DNA of 64,000 bases from Octopus bimaculoides (GCF_001194135.2 NC_068990.1:16044650-16108649); one strand, 5' to 3'; shown: positions 25,969 through 38,862, counted from the first letter of the stretch. Numbers and translations are program-made. Notes: generated from the sequence alone by a model not told the origin.

Positions 25969-26217
25969 TGTATGTGTGTGTGTGTGTGTGTATACGTCTT
26001 TTACCTTTCACTTGTTTCAGTCAATGGGCTGTGGCTATGCTGGAGCATTGCCTTGAAAGGTTGCAGTTGAAAGAACTTATTTTTGATGCCTAGTATCTAT
26101 TCTATCAGTCTGTTTTGCCAAACTGCTAAGTTGTTATGATGTAAACAGCCAAACACTGTTTGTCAAGCAGTGGTGGTGGTGGTGGGGGACAAAAAACAAA
26201 GATACATGCACATATGT

Positions 26218-26282
<65 letters not shown>

Positions 26283-26589
26283 ATGGGCTTCCTTCAGTGT
26301 CTGTCTACCAACTCCACTCCCAAGGCACAGAAAGGAGGTGATTGGTGGAGACAGAAGGTGGTGGAAGATAATGGAAAATGGAAGTGATTTGGAGTGGGGG
26401 AAAGCGGTAACTGAGAAGCAGGGGGTGTTGTGTGTGCCTATTCATATACATATGTATATACAGGGTGCGATGGGTAAATTGTTGCCATTTTATATTTTTA
26501 ATTTCGCACATGTGCATTGTTTGTTTTGATTTTGTCATCTACACAGTATAGTAGGGTCAGTTGGACACCATCTATGAGAAAAACAGCAC

Positions 26590-26850
26590 CATGATGCAAT
26601 TCACTCTGCCAGAAATTTGGAAATGACATGCTGTATTGCTTAGTATTCATGCTGGAAGCCCCAATATGAACATTTCAGAGTGTTTAGGTGTCAAACTGAG
26701 GACAGTGCAGAGAATTTGGAAAGAGTTGGATGAGTATAATGGTGATTACAAAGGTACAGCAGCTCAGAAAACTCACTCTGATCATTCTGATAAGAAAAGA
26801 AATGAATGTGTTGGTGAGATCCAGGCCATGATTGGAATGCAGCTCCAATA
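26590..26850 (+). mobile_element. Tc1/IS630-like transposase N-terminal relic
   Basis: MQFTLPEIWK*HAVLLSIHAGSPNMNISECLGVKLRTVQRIWKELDEYNGDYKG resembles a transposase HTH; a related copy is at 55060-55290. Confidence 0.55.
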
Positions 26851-26919
26851 ACAGACAGAGCCAATGACTTTATTGAAGAGGTTGCAAGAAGCAATGAAAA
26901 TTTTAGAAAAAATAAATAA

Positions 26920-27378
26920 GTACACGTTTCAATCATTTGACTGTGGCCATGCTGGAGTACCACCTTAAAGGGCTTTTTTAGTTGAAGAAATCAACACCAG
27001 GACTTATTCTTTGTAAGCCTAGTACTTATTCTATCAGTTTCTTTTGCGGAACTGCTAAGTTATGGGGACATAAACATACCAGCATTAGTTGTCAAACGAT
27101 GGTTGGAGGATAAACACAGACACAAAGACACACACACACACACACACACACACATAAATATAAATGCATATACATATATATATATATCTATATATATATA
27201 TACGATGGGCTTCTTTCAGTTTCTGCCTACCACAACCACTCTCAAGATTTTGGTCAGCCTGAGGCTATAGTAGAAAAGACACTTGCCCAAGGTGTCACAC
27301 AGTGGGACTGAACCCAGAACCATGTGGTTGGGAAGCAAGCTTTTTACAACACAGCTACATATAAATTCTATATGTGGT

Positions 27379-27424
<46 letters not shown>

Positions 27425-27778
27425 TTTTACTTAGACTGTGGCCATGCTGGGGCAGTGCCTTGAAGAATTTTTAGTTGAATGAATTGGCCCCAGTACTTAT
27501 TCTTTTAAAGCCAGGTACTTATGTTATCAGTCTCTTTTGCCAAGTTGCTAAGTTATAGGGACGTAAACACCAACACTGGCTGTCAAACAGTGGTGGGGGA
27601 ACAAACAGATACACACATACATACATATATGTATATGACGGGCTTCTTTCAGTTTCCGTCAACCAAATCCACTCACAAGGCTTTGGTCAGCCCAAGGCTA
27701 GCCCAAAGTGCAAAACAGTGGGACTGAACCCAGAACCATGTGTTCAGGAAGCAAACTTCTTACCACTCAGCCATGCTT
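26920..27778 (-). mobile_element. Two tandem family B SINEs (26920-27358 and 27421-27778)
   Basis: Two consecutive bipartite copies in the same orientation. Confidence 0.8.
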
Positions 27779-28056
27779 ATACACAGCCGTGTGTATATAT
27801 ATATCACTGATATTACTGTATCACTAACGTCCTTGGCAAAAAAGACAAGAACTCCGCCACTTCCTTCCCCACCTTAATGATCTTACCCCTCCCCTCACTG
27901 GCTTCTATGCCCATATAAAGAAACCATCGCCCTCTAACCCTCCTTACTTCCCTCCCTGTTTCCCTGTAGTAATAAGTGTGTTATGACAGATCTGTTCCCC
28001 TCCTGTTCATTAAATAGGCGGCATGAAATAACGGTCACCAGCTGTAACAACAACAC

Positions 28057-28127
<71 letters not shown>

Positions 28128-28332
28128 GGGTGAGGAGAAGGGCTCTACGCGATTGTTCTGTCTGCTAGAAGTAACAGTCAAATCTGTTTTCAATCGTGTC
28201 TTGTCATAAAACTGATGTTTACATCTGCAGATGAGAGAGAGAGAGAGTAAACGGGAGAAATAGAGAAGAAAGGAGGCAAGCGCTAAATAATGTGTCAAAG
28301 GGTCTGTATATGTGTGTGTATATGTGTACATG

Positions 28333-29070
28333 TTTGTATGTGTATTTATGCGTATATGCATAAATGTTGTATATGTGTGTGTGTATGAATGTGTGTGCGT
28401 GTGTTTGTACATATGTATGAATGTATGTGTGTATGTATAAATGTGTCTTTGTATGTATGAATGTATTTATGTATGAATATATATGTAAAGTGTGGATGTG
28501 TGTGTATATGTGTGTGTATGTATGCCTGTAAGTACACATGTATGTGTATGAATGTATGTGTGTACGTACATATGAATGTATATATGCGTGTGTGTATGTG
28601 TGTATATGTGTGTGTGTGTGTATTCATTGTGTATGTATGTATGCATGTATATATCTGTAAAGAAAAATGTGTGTGCGTGTGTGTGTGTGTGTGTNNNNNN
28701 NNNNTTTGTATGTGTATTTATGCGTATATGCATAAATGTTGTATATGTGTGTGTGTATGAATGTGTGTGCGTGTGTTTGTACATATGTATGAATGTATGT
28801 GTGTATGTATAAATGTGTCTTTGTATGTATGAATGTATTTATGTATGAATATATATGTAAAGTGTGGATGTGTGTGTATATGTGTGTGTATGTATGCCTG
28901 TAAGTACACATGTATGTGTATGAATGTATGTGTGTACGTACATATGAATGTATATATGCGTGTGTGTATGTGTGTATATGTGTGTGTGTGTGTATTCATT
29001 GTGTATGTATGTATGCATGTATATATCTGTAAAGAAAAATGTGTGTGCGTGTGTGTGTGTGTGTGTGTGT
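28333..29070. repeat. 372-bp-period duplication of a TG/TA-rich tract across a 10-N gap; probable assembly overlap
   Basis: 28333-28694 recurs essentially identically from 28705. Confidence 0.75.
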
Positions 29071-29072
29071 AG

Positions 29073-29210
29073 ATGGATAGCAACAAACTGCCGCCCTTTT
29101 ACCAAGAAAGCAGTGATAAAATGTATTCTTACATTCAGCAGAAATCACTCTACGGACAACCAAAAGACAGACTTGTTCTTGTTGCAAAGACAACACGTAA
29201 TCAATATCAA
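29073..29210 (+). CDS. Candidate exon (MDSNKLPPFYQESSDKMYSYIQQKSLYGQPKDRLVLVAKTTRNQYQ), unidentified
   Basis: High-complexity island between repeats, AG immediately before ATG, 46 open codons, GT at 29211. The donor is weak and abuts a SINE. Confidence 0.22.
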
Positions 29211-29467
29211 GTATCTTTTATCTTTTACTTGTTTCAATCGTTGGACTGTGGCCATGCTGGGGCACTGCCTTGAAGGGTTTTGTCAGACAAATTGACTGCA
29301 GTACCTGTTTTTCTTTTTTAAAGCCTGGTATTTATTCTAGTGGTCTCTTTGGTTGAACCGCTAAGTTATGGGACGTAAATAAACTAACACTATCAACTGG
29401 TGGGGCAGACAAAGACACTTACATATACATATTTACACAAACACACACGCACACATGTGTGTGTATG

Positions 29468-29519
<52 letters not shown>

Positions 29520-29523
<4 letters not shown>

Positions 29524-30282
29524 GTCTGATCAATAAGTATCTGGACTGTTGCCATAGTAACGAAGCTAAAGCACGCAGAGTGAAGCTGTCACTTGGCAAA
29601 GATTGACCTTGATCTCTGCTGTGCATGCACACTAGGTTTTAATGTTCTAGCTCACTTCCACTGTTTACAGCAGTGCTTGGAAGGAAGGTGTGTAGCATGT
29701 GATTGTTGCAATGACCATGGCAGAGAAAGCTGTCATGGCGATACCTGCTCAGAAGCCTGCGCAAAGTTGCAGAAAGTGTATCGAGAGGAGTGTATGAGCT
29801 GCATACACAAGTGGTTCAGAGACTCACAACTAGCAGAACTGAGAAAAAACGTTGCCGATGTATGTGCAGCTGTGAGGGAAAACCGTCAAATCACCATCTG
29901 TGAGTTATCAGAGGATGTGCAGATTAGGTTCAGGTCAGTCCATTATCACTGAAGATATGGGTATGAGACACATGTCTGCCAAGTTTGTACCAAAACTGCT
30001 TTCAGCCGACCAAAAAGACACTCGGGTTTCAGTTGCACAAGATCTCCTTGATTGTGTCGAGAATGATGAAAACTTTTTGAAAACTTTGCGTAGGCCTCTG
30101 AGCAGGTATTGCCAAGCTTTTGGCAAAATTTGATGCAGATTCTCTGCTGAAATTTTTTCTGTTGTGGTCAATGCAATGATCACACACTACACACCTTCCT
30201 TCCAAGTACTGCTGTAAACAGTGGAAGTGAGTTAGAATGTTAAATCTTTGTGTGCGTGCGCAGCAGAGTTCAGGGTCAATCT
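29520..30282 (+). mobile_element. Mariner derivative with ~130-bp internal inverted arms, inserted in the (TA)n of a family B SINE
   Basis: 5' TIR GAGGTCTGATCAATAAGTATCTGGACTG. Transposase relic AAVRENRQITICELSEDV...DMGMRHMSAKFVPKLLSADQK. 29600-29730 is inverted at 30152-30282. Confidence 0.85.
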
Positions 30283-30504
30283 AAAATAAAATAAAATTTA
30301 GGATTTATGGGTGGGGGGTCAAAGTTGGGAACAAAAACAGGACAGTTAAGACATGCAAGGAAACCGAACGAAAACAAATATGGTGAGTCATTAGACCAGA
30401 ATGAGAGGAAAATAGTGAACACTGGGAGAAATATTTTCTTTGAAAAAAGAAAAGATAGAAGAGAGAAAAAAGCGTCCAGTCCTGAACGTCTGTGCAGGAA
30501 AGAA

Positions 30505-30908
30505 AAGATGTACAGTTGTGGCTATGTGGTTAGAAGCTTGCTTCCCAACCACATGGTTCTGGGTTCAGTTCCACTATGTGATGCTTTGAGCAAGTGTATT
30601 CTACTATTGCCTCCCTCAAGCCGACCAAAGCCTTGTGGGTGGATTTGGAAGATGGAAACTGATGTATATACATTTATGTGTGTCTTTGTGTCTATGTTTT
30701 ATCCTCCCACCACCACTTGACAACCGAAGTTGGTGTGTTTGCATCCCCGTAACTTAGTGGTTCGGTAAAAGTTACCCATAGAATAAATATCAGGCTTAGC
30801 AAAAAAATTAAGTACTGGAGTCAATTCATTCAACTAAATACTCTTCAAGGTGGCGCTGCCCTACCGTGGTCGCAGTCTAATGACTGAAATAAGTAGAAGA
30901 TAAAAGAT
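30505..30908 (+). mobile_element. Family B bipartite SINE
   Basis: Both halves and tail present. Confidence 0.8.
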
Positions 30909-31073
30909 ATATGTGCATATAGACATATATATGATGGTGCTCCAGCATGACCATGGCTGAAATGAATTAAAGAATAAAAGAATGTATGCACTTACACACA
31001 CATACACACACACACACATTTACCTATATATACATATATGTATGTATGTATGATGGGCTTCTACACAGTTTCT

Positions 31074-31296
31074 TATTTCTTTACTGCCCACAAGGGACTA
31101 CACACAGAGGGGACAAACAAGAACAGACAAAGGGATTAAGTCGATTATATCAACCCCAGTGCATAACTGGTACTTATTTAATCGTCCCCGAAAGGATGAA
31201 AGGCAAAGTCGACCTTGGCGGAATTTGAACTAAGAACGTAGCGGCAGACGAAATACTGCTAAGCATTTCACCTGGCATGCTAACGTTTCTGCCAGC
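31074..31296 (-). mobile_element. Family C tRNA-derived SINE with 14-bp TSD, nested in a family B left half
   Basis: TCTACACAGTTTCT at 31060-31073 and 31297-31310; highly similar to 34769-34997. Confidence 0.9.
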
Positions 31297-31718
31297 TCTA
31301 CACAGTTTCTGTCCACCAAATTTATTCACAATGCATTAACCAGCCTGAGGTTGTAGAAAACAGTTACCCAAGTGTCAAGCAGTAGGATTGAACCTAACCC
31401 ATACGGTTACAAAATAAACTTCTTAACAATACAGCCACGCCTGCACCTGATGCTTAAAAAAATTATAATAATACTGGAAAACCCCACATGGAATAATCCT
31501 ATCTGTGGCAGACATTATTTCTTCACTTAGTTTTCTTTGTAATAGAGATTTTGGTTGTGTTTTGAAGCCCCTTGCCAGCCATTTACTGGGGTAAATCTCT
31601 GATACTGATTAGGAATGAAATTTAAGAAGAAAAAATGCAATTGAAGGCAGAGCTTCCATGTAGTCAACTCGCCCTGGGAAAAATATCATCCAAATCTCAC
31701 TCAAATTAGACTCTACCA

Positions 31719-31749
<31 letters not shown>

Positions 31750-31773
31750 ATATATGTGCTTGTGCACACAGAC

Positions 31774-31816
<43 letters not shown>

Positions 31817-31910
31817 TAATTAAAAGAAAAAAGAAAAAAAACAACAATGTGAGAATGAAGTACATGCAAAGTATTAATGAGACACCCAGAGAAGGAAAGA
31901 AAGAGTGGTT

Positions 31911-31945
31911 GTTTTATATTTCACGCTTAGCTCTTCATTGGAAAC
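31911..31945 (-). ncRNA. Degenerate minimal hammerhead relic (probably inactive)
   Basis: GUUU CCAAUGA AGAGCUAAGCGU GAAA UAUA AAAC: stem I and GAAA retained, but two core bases differ from CUGAUGA and stem II is broken. Confidence 0.3.
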
Positions 31946-32444
31946 AGGAGACATAAGAAAGTCCAAAAGAAAAGGAAGAAGAAGGGAAAAAAATTGCCCA
32001 CAGTCCATGTGTTGTTACATTTTTGAAATGACCGGAAGTAGATGGACAAAGTGAAAGTGCTTTCTGGGACAGGAGAATGTGAAGAAGGAATGGAGGTCAG
32101 GCATGGTGAGATGGTGTGGGTGTAGGTGTGGGTGTAGGTGTGGGTTATGGCGAGGAAGAGGAAAAGGAAGGGGAGTGGAAGTAGAACTGGAGATAAGTTG
32201 AGATAACTGGAGATAAGGTGTTATAAAGGATGTTGATTGACCTTTCTCACAACAATACTCCACACATAGTAGTCCCATGAATTGCTACATATTTAAAGGC
32301 AGCAAACATTTGTATGTGCCATATACAGGGTGCACTCCCCCATGCCCCATCCCTTCATCAGTCTTGATAAACACTTCAACAGTAAACCATTATGGTGACT
32401 AAGAAAAATGGTAAAACATTAGCTCTATGAAAATAGTGTTACCA

Positions 32445-32828
32445 TAGGTGCAAGAGTGGTTGTGTGATAAGAAGCTTGCTTCCCAACCACATGGTTTTGG
32501 ATTTAGTCCCACTGTGTGGCACCTTGTACTATAGCCTCAGGCCAACCAAAGCCTCTTAAGTGGTTTTGGTAGACGAAAACTGAAAGAATTGTGTTGTATA
32601 TGTGTCTGTGTTTGTGTGTGTGTGTGTGTCCCTCACCACTGCTTGACAACCAGTGTTGGTGTGTTTATGTCCCTGTAACTTAGTGGTTCAGCAAAAGACC
32701 CATAGAATAAGCACTAGGCTTTAAAAAAACAATAAGTACTGGGATTGATTTGTTTGACTAAAACCCTTCAGGGTAGTGCCCCAGCTTGACAACAGTCAAA
32801 TGACTGAAACAAATAAAAGATAAAAGAT
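32445..32828 (+). mobile_element. Family B bipartite SINE
   Basis: Both halves and tail present. Confidence 0.8.
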
Positions 32829-33645
32829 GTAAGTAACTCCATCAGAAGCAGAAAAAAATAAAATCGATGGGAGATTTTCTGCTGCATCCTGTTGGATACA
32901 TTATGTGCACAGTATATAGGGACTTAGGGACATAGGTACATGTGCCCTAGGACTCATAAAACTTGAGATTATACCAGATCCATGGTATATAAGCAACTGA
33001 GATAACAACACTACTACATAAATGAGATGCTTGTCTGTCACAGCAATGTGAAATGAAGTGGTTTGTTCAAGAACACAACGCATTACTCAGTCTCGAAATC
33101 AAAACCATGATCTTCCAATCATGAATGCAACACCCTAACCATAAGGCCATGTGCCTTCATCAAATATAGGGAAGAAAAGTTAAAATATTTTTAATCAGGC
33201 TGAATGGGAGCGATTGTGACTTTGAAGTGAAACATGGTACCAACCAGTTTACTTGCTTTCCTCTAAGGACAAGTAAACATTTCTATTTGTCACTCCCTCC
33301 TTTCTTCAACTCTTTTATTCATGTAAACTATAATACGACAACATAGGTGATGGTATTAGTCTTTGTTGCTACTCCATTCATAAAGGAAGGTGAAAGCATC
33401 TACTGTTTAAAATATCGCACCTGGGGAAACAAATTTACTATTTTTTACCAACTGAAGTAATCTCACAATTTTTTAAATTTTTTTTTTATTGGTGGTGAGG
33501 GTGAATATTTCTATAAAGCATTGATTTATTTGATGTGACTAGAAAAATGTCTCTTTTTTTTCTCTCCATTTTTTGATACTGAATTTTATTGTTCACTAAC
33601 CAAAAATAGATAAAGAAACAAAAAATTTTTGTGTGCAACGTTACA

Positions 33646-33780
33646 TCTTTATAATAGTAAAATTCAAAGTTTGTTTGTCTGTTTGTGTGTTCCCGGATTT
33701 CAGAGAAAACAGCCGTCGTATTCATTAAAGTTGGCAAACTGGATGAAATGAGATGGCGGGCCATAGTTTGCCAACCCCTG
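33646..33780 (+). mobile_element. Helitron-like 5' end fused to a short hAT(Charlie)-like terminal fragment
   Basis: A|TCTTTATAATAGTAAAATTCAAAGTTTGTTTGTCTGTTTG (TC start plus GTTT microsatellite), followed by GGGCCATAGTTTGCCAACCCCTG. Confidence 0.4.
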
Positions 33781-34470
33781 TATTATATAACTGCAAACAC
33801 AACACAGCATACATACATGCATACATAACTACATACATGCCTAGATATGCATACTTACATTGATACATAACTTCATACATACCCATACATACATAAATAC
33901 ATGCATACTACCATATCCTCTCATTCACTCATATATACACTCTCTCTGTTTCTCTCAGTCCTTCCCTCTCTTTGTTTCCTTTTCCCTCTCTTCCCTTTTC
34001 CCTCTAAAGTGAACCCTATTAAAAATGGATATGACAAACAAAAGAGCAATAGTTTTTAATGCTAATACAGGATCTCACAGAGGAGTGAGAGAGGAGGTGG
34101 CACTGTTGATGAAATCAACTTCAGTATTTAGCTGGTACCTATTTCATTTAATCACTCCAAGAAAGGACGCATTAAATGGATAGCAGAATTGTTGACCTGA
34201 GTTCAAATCCTGACTGCAGAAACTTGATCTTTAATCATTCTGGTGACCAATAAACAGCTGAAGAGAGATATATTCAACTGTGCACTCTCCAAAAAAATTA
34301 TGTCCTCATACAGGAGTTGTTCTGTCTGTTTTTTGCATTTGTCTCATGGTTAATGAAATAGTTTTCTAAATTTGATGATGGGCCCTGCCTAAGTAATCTT
34401 ATCTGTCCTCTTGCTCCCAGCAAAGAAATATCTAAAAAGGTTTGTCAGTCTGGCTCATGGTCTCAGTCAA

Positions 34471-34635
34471 CAAAATGGAAAAAGCATTGCCCTGGAGGAT
34501 GGTGAGGGAAATGCATTAGAACAGCCACTCTTACTCCCAGGGCTTGCATTTGTGGATGACCATCTCTGTCTCGATAGCGGTGAGCAAGGATGTGGTCCAG
34601 GGGCCAAGAATGCTAGAGGTCTCCACTGCCACACG
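34471..34635 (-). mobile_element. CRE/NeSL-like non-LTR retrotransposon, C-terminal restriction-like endonuclease (RLE) relic
   Basis: Minus frame VAVETSSILGPWTTSLLTAI...PWE*EWLF*CISLTILQGNAFSIL matches the VET-G-G...EWLFQRISLA-RGNA motif of CRE-type RLE C-termini. Confidence 0.7.
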
Positions 34636-34768
34636 TTTAACCACACACTTGCATTAGAAATTGTGTTATTAATAACAAAAGGATGGAAACAAAACAAAGC
34701 AGTTTCAGTAATATTTGACTGAGAATGTAAAAGATATAAAGCCTCTTGTTTGAGACCCTAATGTTTCT

Positions 34769-34997
34769 GATTTCTTTATTGCCCACAAGGGGCTAAACAT
34801 AGAGGGGACAAACAAGGACAGACAAAGGGATTAAGTCGATTACATCAATCCCAGTGCCTAACTGGTACTTAATTTATCGACCCCAAAAGGATGAAAGGCA
34901 AAGTCGACCTTGGTGGAATTTGAACTCAGAACGTAACGGCAGACAAAATACCACTAAGCATTTCACCCAGTATGCTAACGTGTCTGCCAGCTCACCA
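34769..34997 (-). mobile_element. Family C tRNA-derived SINE with 12-bp TSD
   Basis: CCTAATGTTTCT at 34757-34768 and 34998-35009. Confidence 0.9.
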
Positions 34998-35019
34998 CCT
35001 AATGTTTCTTATTTTAACC

Positions 35020-35900
35020 AGCAATTTTGAGGTAAGTGGGGGTAAGTTGTCAATACTATATGCTTCAGTACTTGATGGATACTTTATTTTATTGACCCCA
35101 GAAGAATAAAAGACAAAATTTACCTCATCTGGATTTGAACTCACATGTGTCTAATAATAAATGTTTTCTCACATTTTCTCAGAGTCACAGGCTTTGCTAA
35201 AGAGTTATTGTTGATTGAATCAATCCCAATGCATAACTGTTATCTATTTTATTGATGAACGATTAAAAGCAAAGTCTATTCAGGCAAGATTTGACCTCAG
35301 AATGCAAAAACATTTTGCCTGGTTCTCTAATGCTTTTTGCTATACACACCTGAACCCATGGTTCTTATTTAGGCACAAAGTCAGCAATTTTTTGGGAAGG
35401 AAGTTAGCTGATTATATTGATCCTAGTACTTGGCTGTTACTTTATTTTGTTGCTTGGTGGGATGAACGGTAAAGTTGACTTTAGACTCATATGAGTCTAA
35501 TATTTCTTTTTCTAATTTTGACACAAAGCAAAGAATTTTAAGGGAAGGCAGAAAATCAATTACATCAACCCAAATACTTAAACTAGTTCTTCATTTTATC
35601 AACTCTGAGAGAGGATTTAAGACAAAACTGACTTTGGTAGGATTTGAACTCAGAATACATTGCCAGAACAAAAATGGCAAAGCATTTCCCCCACACTCTT
35701 ATGATTCTGTCAGCTTGCCACCTGTACATGGGTCTAATCATAAATGTTTTCTCACATTTGCATAGAGTCACAGACTTTGCTAAAGAGTTATTGTCAATTG
35801 AATCAATCCCAATACATAACTGTTATCTATTTTATCTATTTTACCAACAAAGGATTAAAAGCAAAGTTTACTCAGACAGGATTTGAACTAAGGATGAAAA
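35020..35900 (-). repeat. Array of same-orientation degenerate family C cores with a duplicated ~150-bp spacer
   Basis: GGATTTGAACTCA-like motif recurs at ~35130, 35295, 35640 and 35880; 35135-35285 recurs at 35727-35875. Confidence 0.6.
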
Positions 35901-36082
35901 GATAATTGGAAAACTGCAAGAAAGTGATTTAACTTTATGCACAACTATTTCTGCTGCCCTACCATCTAAATGTCTTGAATAATTCTGATTAGCGGCATTA
36001 ATAAAATGCTTAAAAAACATTAATTTGTTTTCTTTTCACATGAAATTCTACTTCAGTTACACACAACAAAAAAACTACTAAC

Positions 36083-36195
36083 CAAATGACTGTCATAACA
36101 AGTAGGCGGCTGTCTCGTATGTAATGGATCGCTTGTCTCAGAAATTGCCCAGCCCTTTAGAGTTTGGTTACACGCAGAGATGCTAGGGATGGCAG
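36083..36195 (-). CDS. Candidate internal exon (AIPSISACNQTLKGWAISETSDPLHTRQPPTCYDSHL), unidentified
   Basis: Good acceptor TTTCATTTTCTCTACAG and donor TTG|GTTAGT; 113 nt, phase 1-0, only one frame open. Confidence 0.3.
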
Positions 36196-36339
36196 CTGTA
36201 GAGAAAATGAAAATGAGGCAAAGAATCATATTTAGCATTGAGTCAAATTATTGTATGCAAATTACCCATCAGTGGGAATCACTAATGTCTGCTTTAGCTT
36301 GAGGTGAGCATTGGAGTGCTGGAGGTGAGCAAACAGCAA

Positions 36340-36700
36340 GTATACACCATGTTGTGCCGTACCATGTGCTCAAAAAGAACTGGCACTCCATTAGCTACAA
36401 CAATGAGGGTTCCAGTTGATCTGATCAACAGAACAGCTTGCTTGTGAAATTAATGTGCAAGTGGATGAGCACTCCACAGACATGCGTACCCTTAATGTGG
36501 TTAGTTCTCAGGAAGATTTAGTATGACACAAAATGTGACAAGGCTGGCCCTTTGAATTACAAGTATAACTCATTTTTGCCAGTTTAGTGGACTACAGCAA
36601 TGTGAAATAAAGTGTCTTGCTCAAGGACACAATGCACTGTCAGATATTGAACTTATGACCTTACAACCATGAGCTGAATACCTTAACCACTAAGCCACAC
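36340..36700 (-). mobile_element. Family D tRNA-headed SINE with long central domain
   Basis: Head TGGCTTAGTGGTTAAGG and CTTGAGCAAGACACTTTATTTCACATTGC core shared with 37603, 46850 and 47014. Confidence 0.65.
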
Positions 36701-36764
36701 CATGGGCTCTCAGCCTCGATGCCTGTTTCTCTCTCCCTCTTCCACAGCCTACCTAGCATATATG

Positions 36765-36856
<92 letters not shown>

Positions 36857-37602
36857 TGTCCTCTCCCTGTCAGTCAGCTGTATTTTCATTACTAGCCTCT
36901 TGCTAGCCCCCATCTACCTCCCCACATTGAACTCCACTAGCTATCCCCCACCTTTGTATCCCTCACCACCTCTATCCACCTTTGAATGCTACCTAATCCT
37001 TACAGATCACACCTCTCCTTTCTCATTCTCCCCCCATCTCTTTCTCTTCCCTCTACTTACACTCTTGCAAAGTCCCACCCACCCATCCACACTCCTAGTT
37101 TCTCTATCTGCACTTGGTTCTACTCACCTCATACCTTAAGGTGCCACCTCAACACCTCATCGCCCCTATTCATCTCTTTATGGACACTATTGATTCCTTT
37201 TTCACTCTCTCCCCTAAATGTGAGTTGCCATGTAGCTCCTCTACAACAAGAACCTGCTCTGCCCAAACCCTTTCTCTCATATTTTAAACCCCCACCAAGC
37301 ATAAAGGTGCTGCCCCCAACCCTGGGTTTTGTAGCCTTGCAAGCTGCATGATGACTTCACTTATGCCAGTGGCATGAAAAAGAGCACCCAATACATGCTG
37401 TAAAGTGGTTGACATTAGGAAAGGCATCCAGCTGTGGAAACCATGTCAAAGCAGACACTGAAGGATGATACAGTTCTTGGACTCATTGGATCCTGTCAAA
37501 CCATCCAACCCATGCCAGAATGGAATACAGACATTAAATCATGATGATGTGTATATACATATATGTATATATATATTTATATACATATATGTATATATGT
37601 AT

Positions 37603-37835
37603 GGAGGCATGTGGCTTAGTGTTAGGGTGCTGGACTCATGATTGTAAGATTGTGGTTTTGATTCCTGGACTGGATGACACATTGTGTTCTTGAGCAAGAC
37701 ACTTCATTTCATGTTGCTCCAGTCCACTCAGCTGGCAAAACGGAATAATCCTGTGATGGACTAGTGTTCTGTCCAGTGGGTGGGGATATATACACCACAG
37801 AAGCTGGGAAAACTGGCCCTGCGAGTCTATAGCAC
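37603..37835 (+). mobile_element. Family D tRNA-headed SINE
   Basis: GGAGGCATGTGGCTTAGTGTTAGGG (A-box-like), GGTTTTGATTCC (B-box-like), TTGAGCAAGACACTTCATTTC core. Confidence 0.75.
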
Positions 37836-38031
37836 TAGGGAAGCAATATTTCTCCTTTTGTATATACATATGTGTATACACACGTGCATGTGTGTGTGTT
37901 GTGTGTTTGGATATATGTGAATATATGTGTGTATAGATATATATGTACGTGTGTACAGATTTATATATGTGTATGTATTCACATGTGTGTGTGTATTGGT
38001 ATATATATGTGTGGGTGTACATATACATACC

Positions 38032-38123
<92 letters not shown>

Positions 38124-38862
38124 CATACATACATACATGCATACATACATACATGCATACATACACACACATACACAGACACATATATACCAGAATGTCA
38201 GCAAAACATTTTCAAGTGAGAGATGTCAACCATCTCAGCTGACACATAAATATATCATATGTTTTATATATACATATAGATATAGGATGTATATATAATA
38301 TTGTATGTTTATATATAATATAATCTTACTTATGTCGTGTTTTATCATGTTTGCTATTTTCAACATATTTTTGTGGGAAATGTTTTTCATTCTATGACAC
38401 AAACACACGCATATGTGTGTATATGCATGTATGTATTTATATATACATATATATGTGTATGTGTATCTATTTAAACATGCAATATACTTATATATCTGTG
38501 TTTCTGCACATGTGTGTGTGTGTATATGTATATATGTGTGAGTTTATTTCTACATATGTTTTTATTTTAGCATATATGTATTTGTATGTGTAGATATGTA
38601 TGTATATATGTGTAAGTATATCTATGTTGTGTGTGTGTGTGTGTTAAAATGCTTTTATGGATATATTTATAGGTTTGGATGTATATATATATATATATAT
38701 ATTCAAACCTGTACATGCATGAAGAACAACAAAAATCTCACAGTGCAATAAATAAACAACTGACTACAGGACACGATTTAGAAAGCAAAAATGTCCAATG
38801 AGACGTTCACATTTGTAACAACGAGACTTTCACTCCATATTAAAAAAAAAAAGAATGAAAAT

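Noticed and set aside
34411-34722. 103-aa + strand ORF as DNAJC10 exon 2
   Set aside because: No similarity to ERdj5; the opposite strand is a retrotransposon RLE relic.
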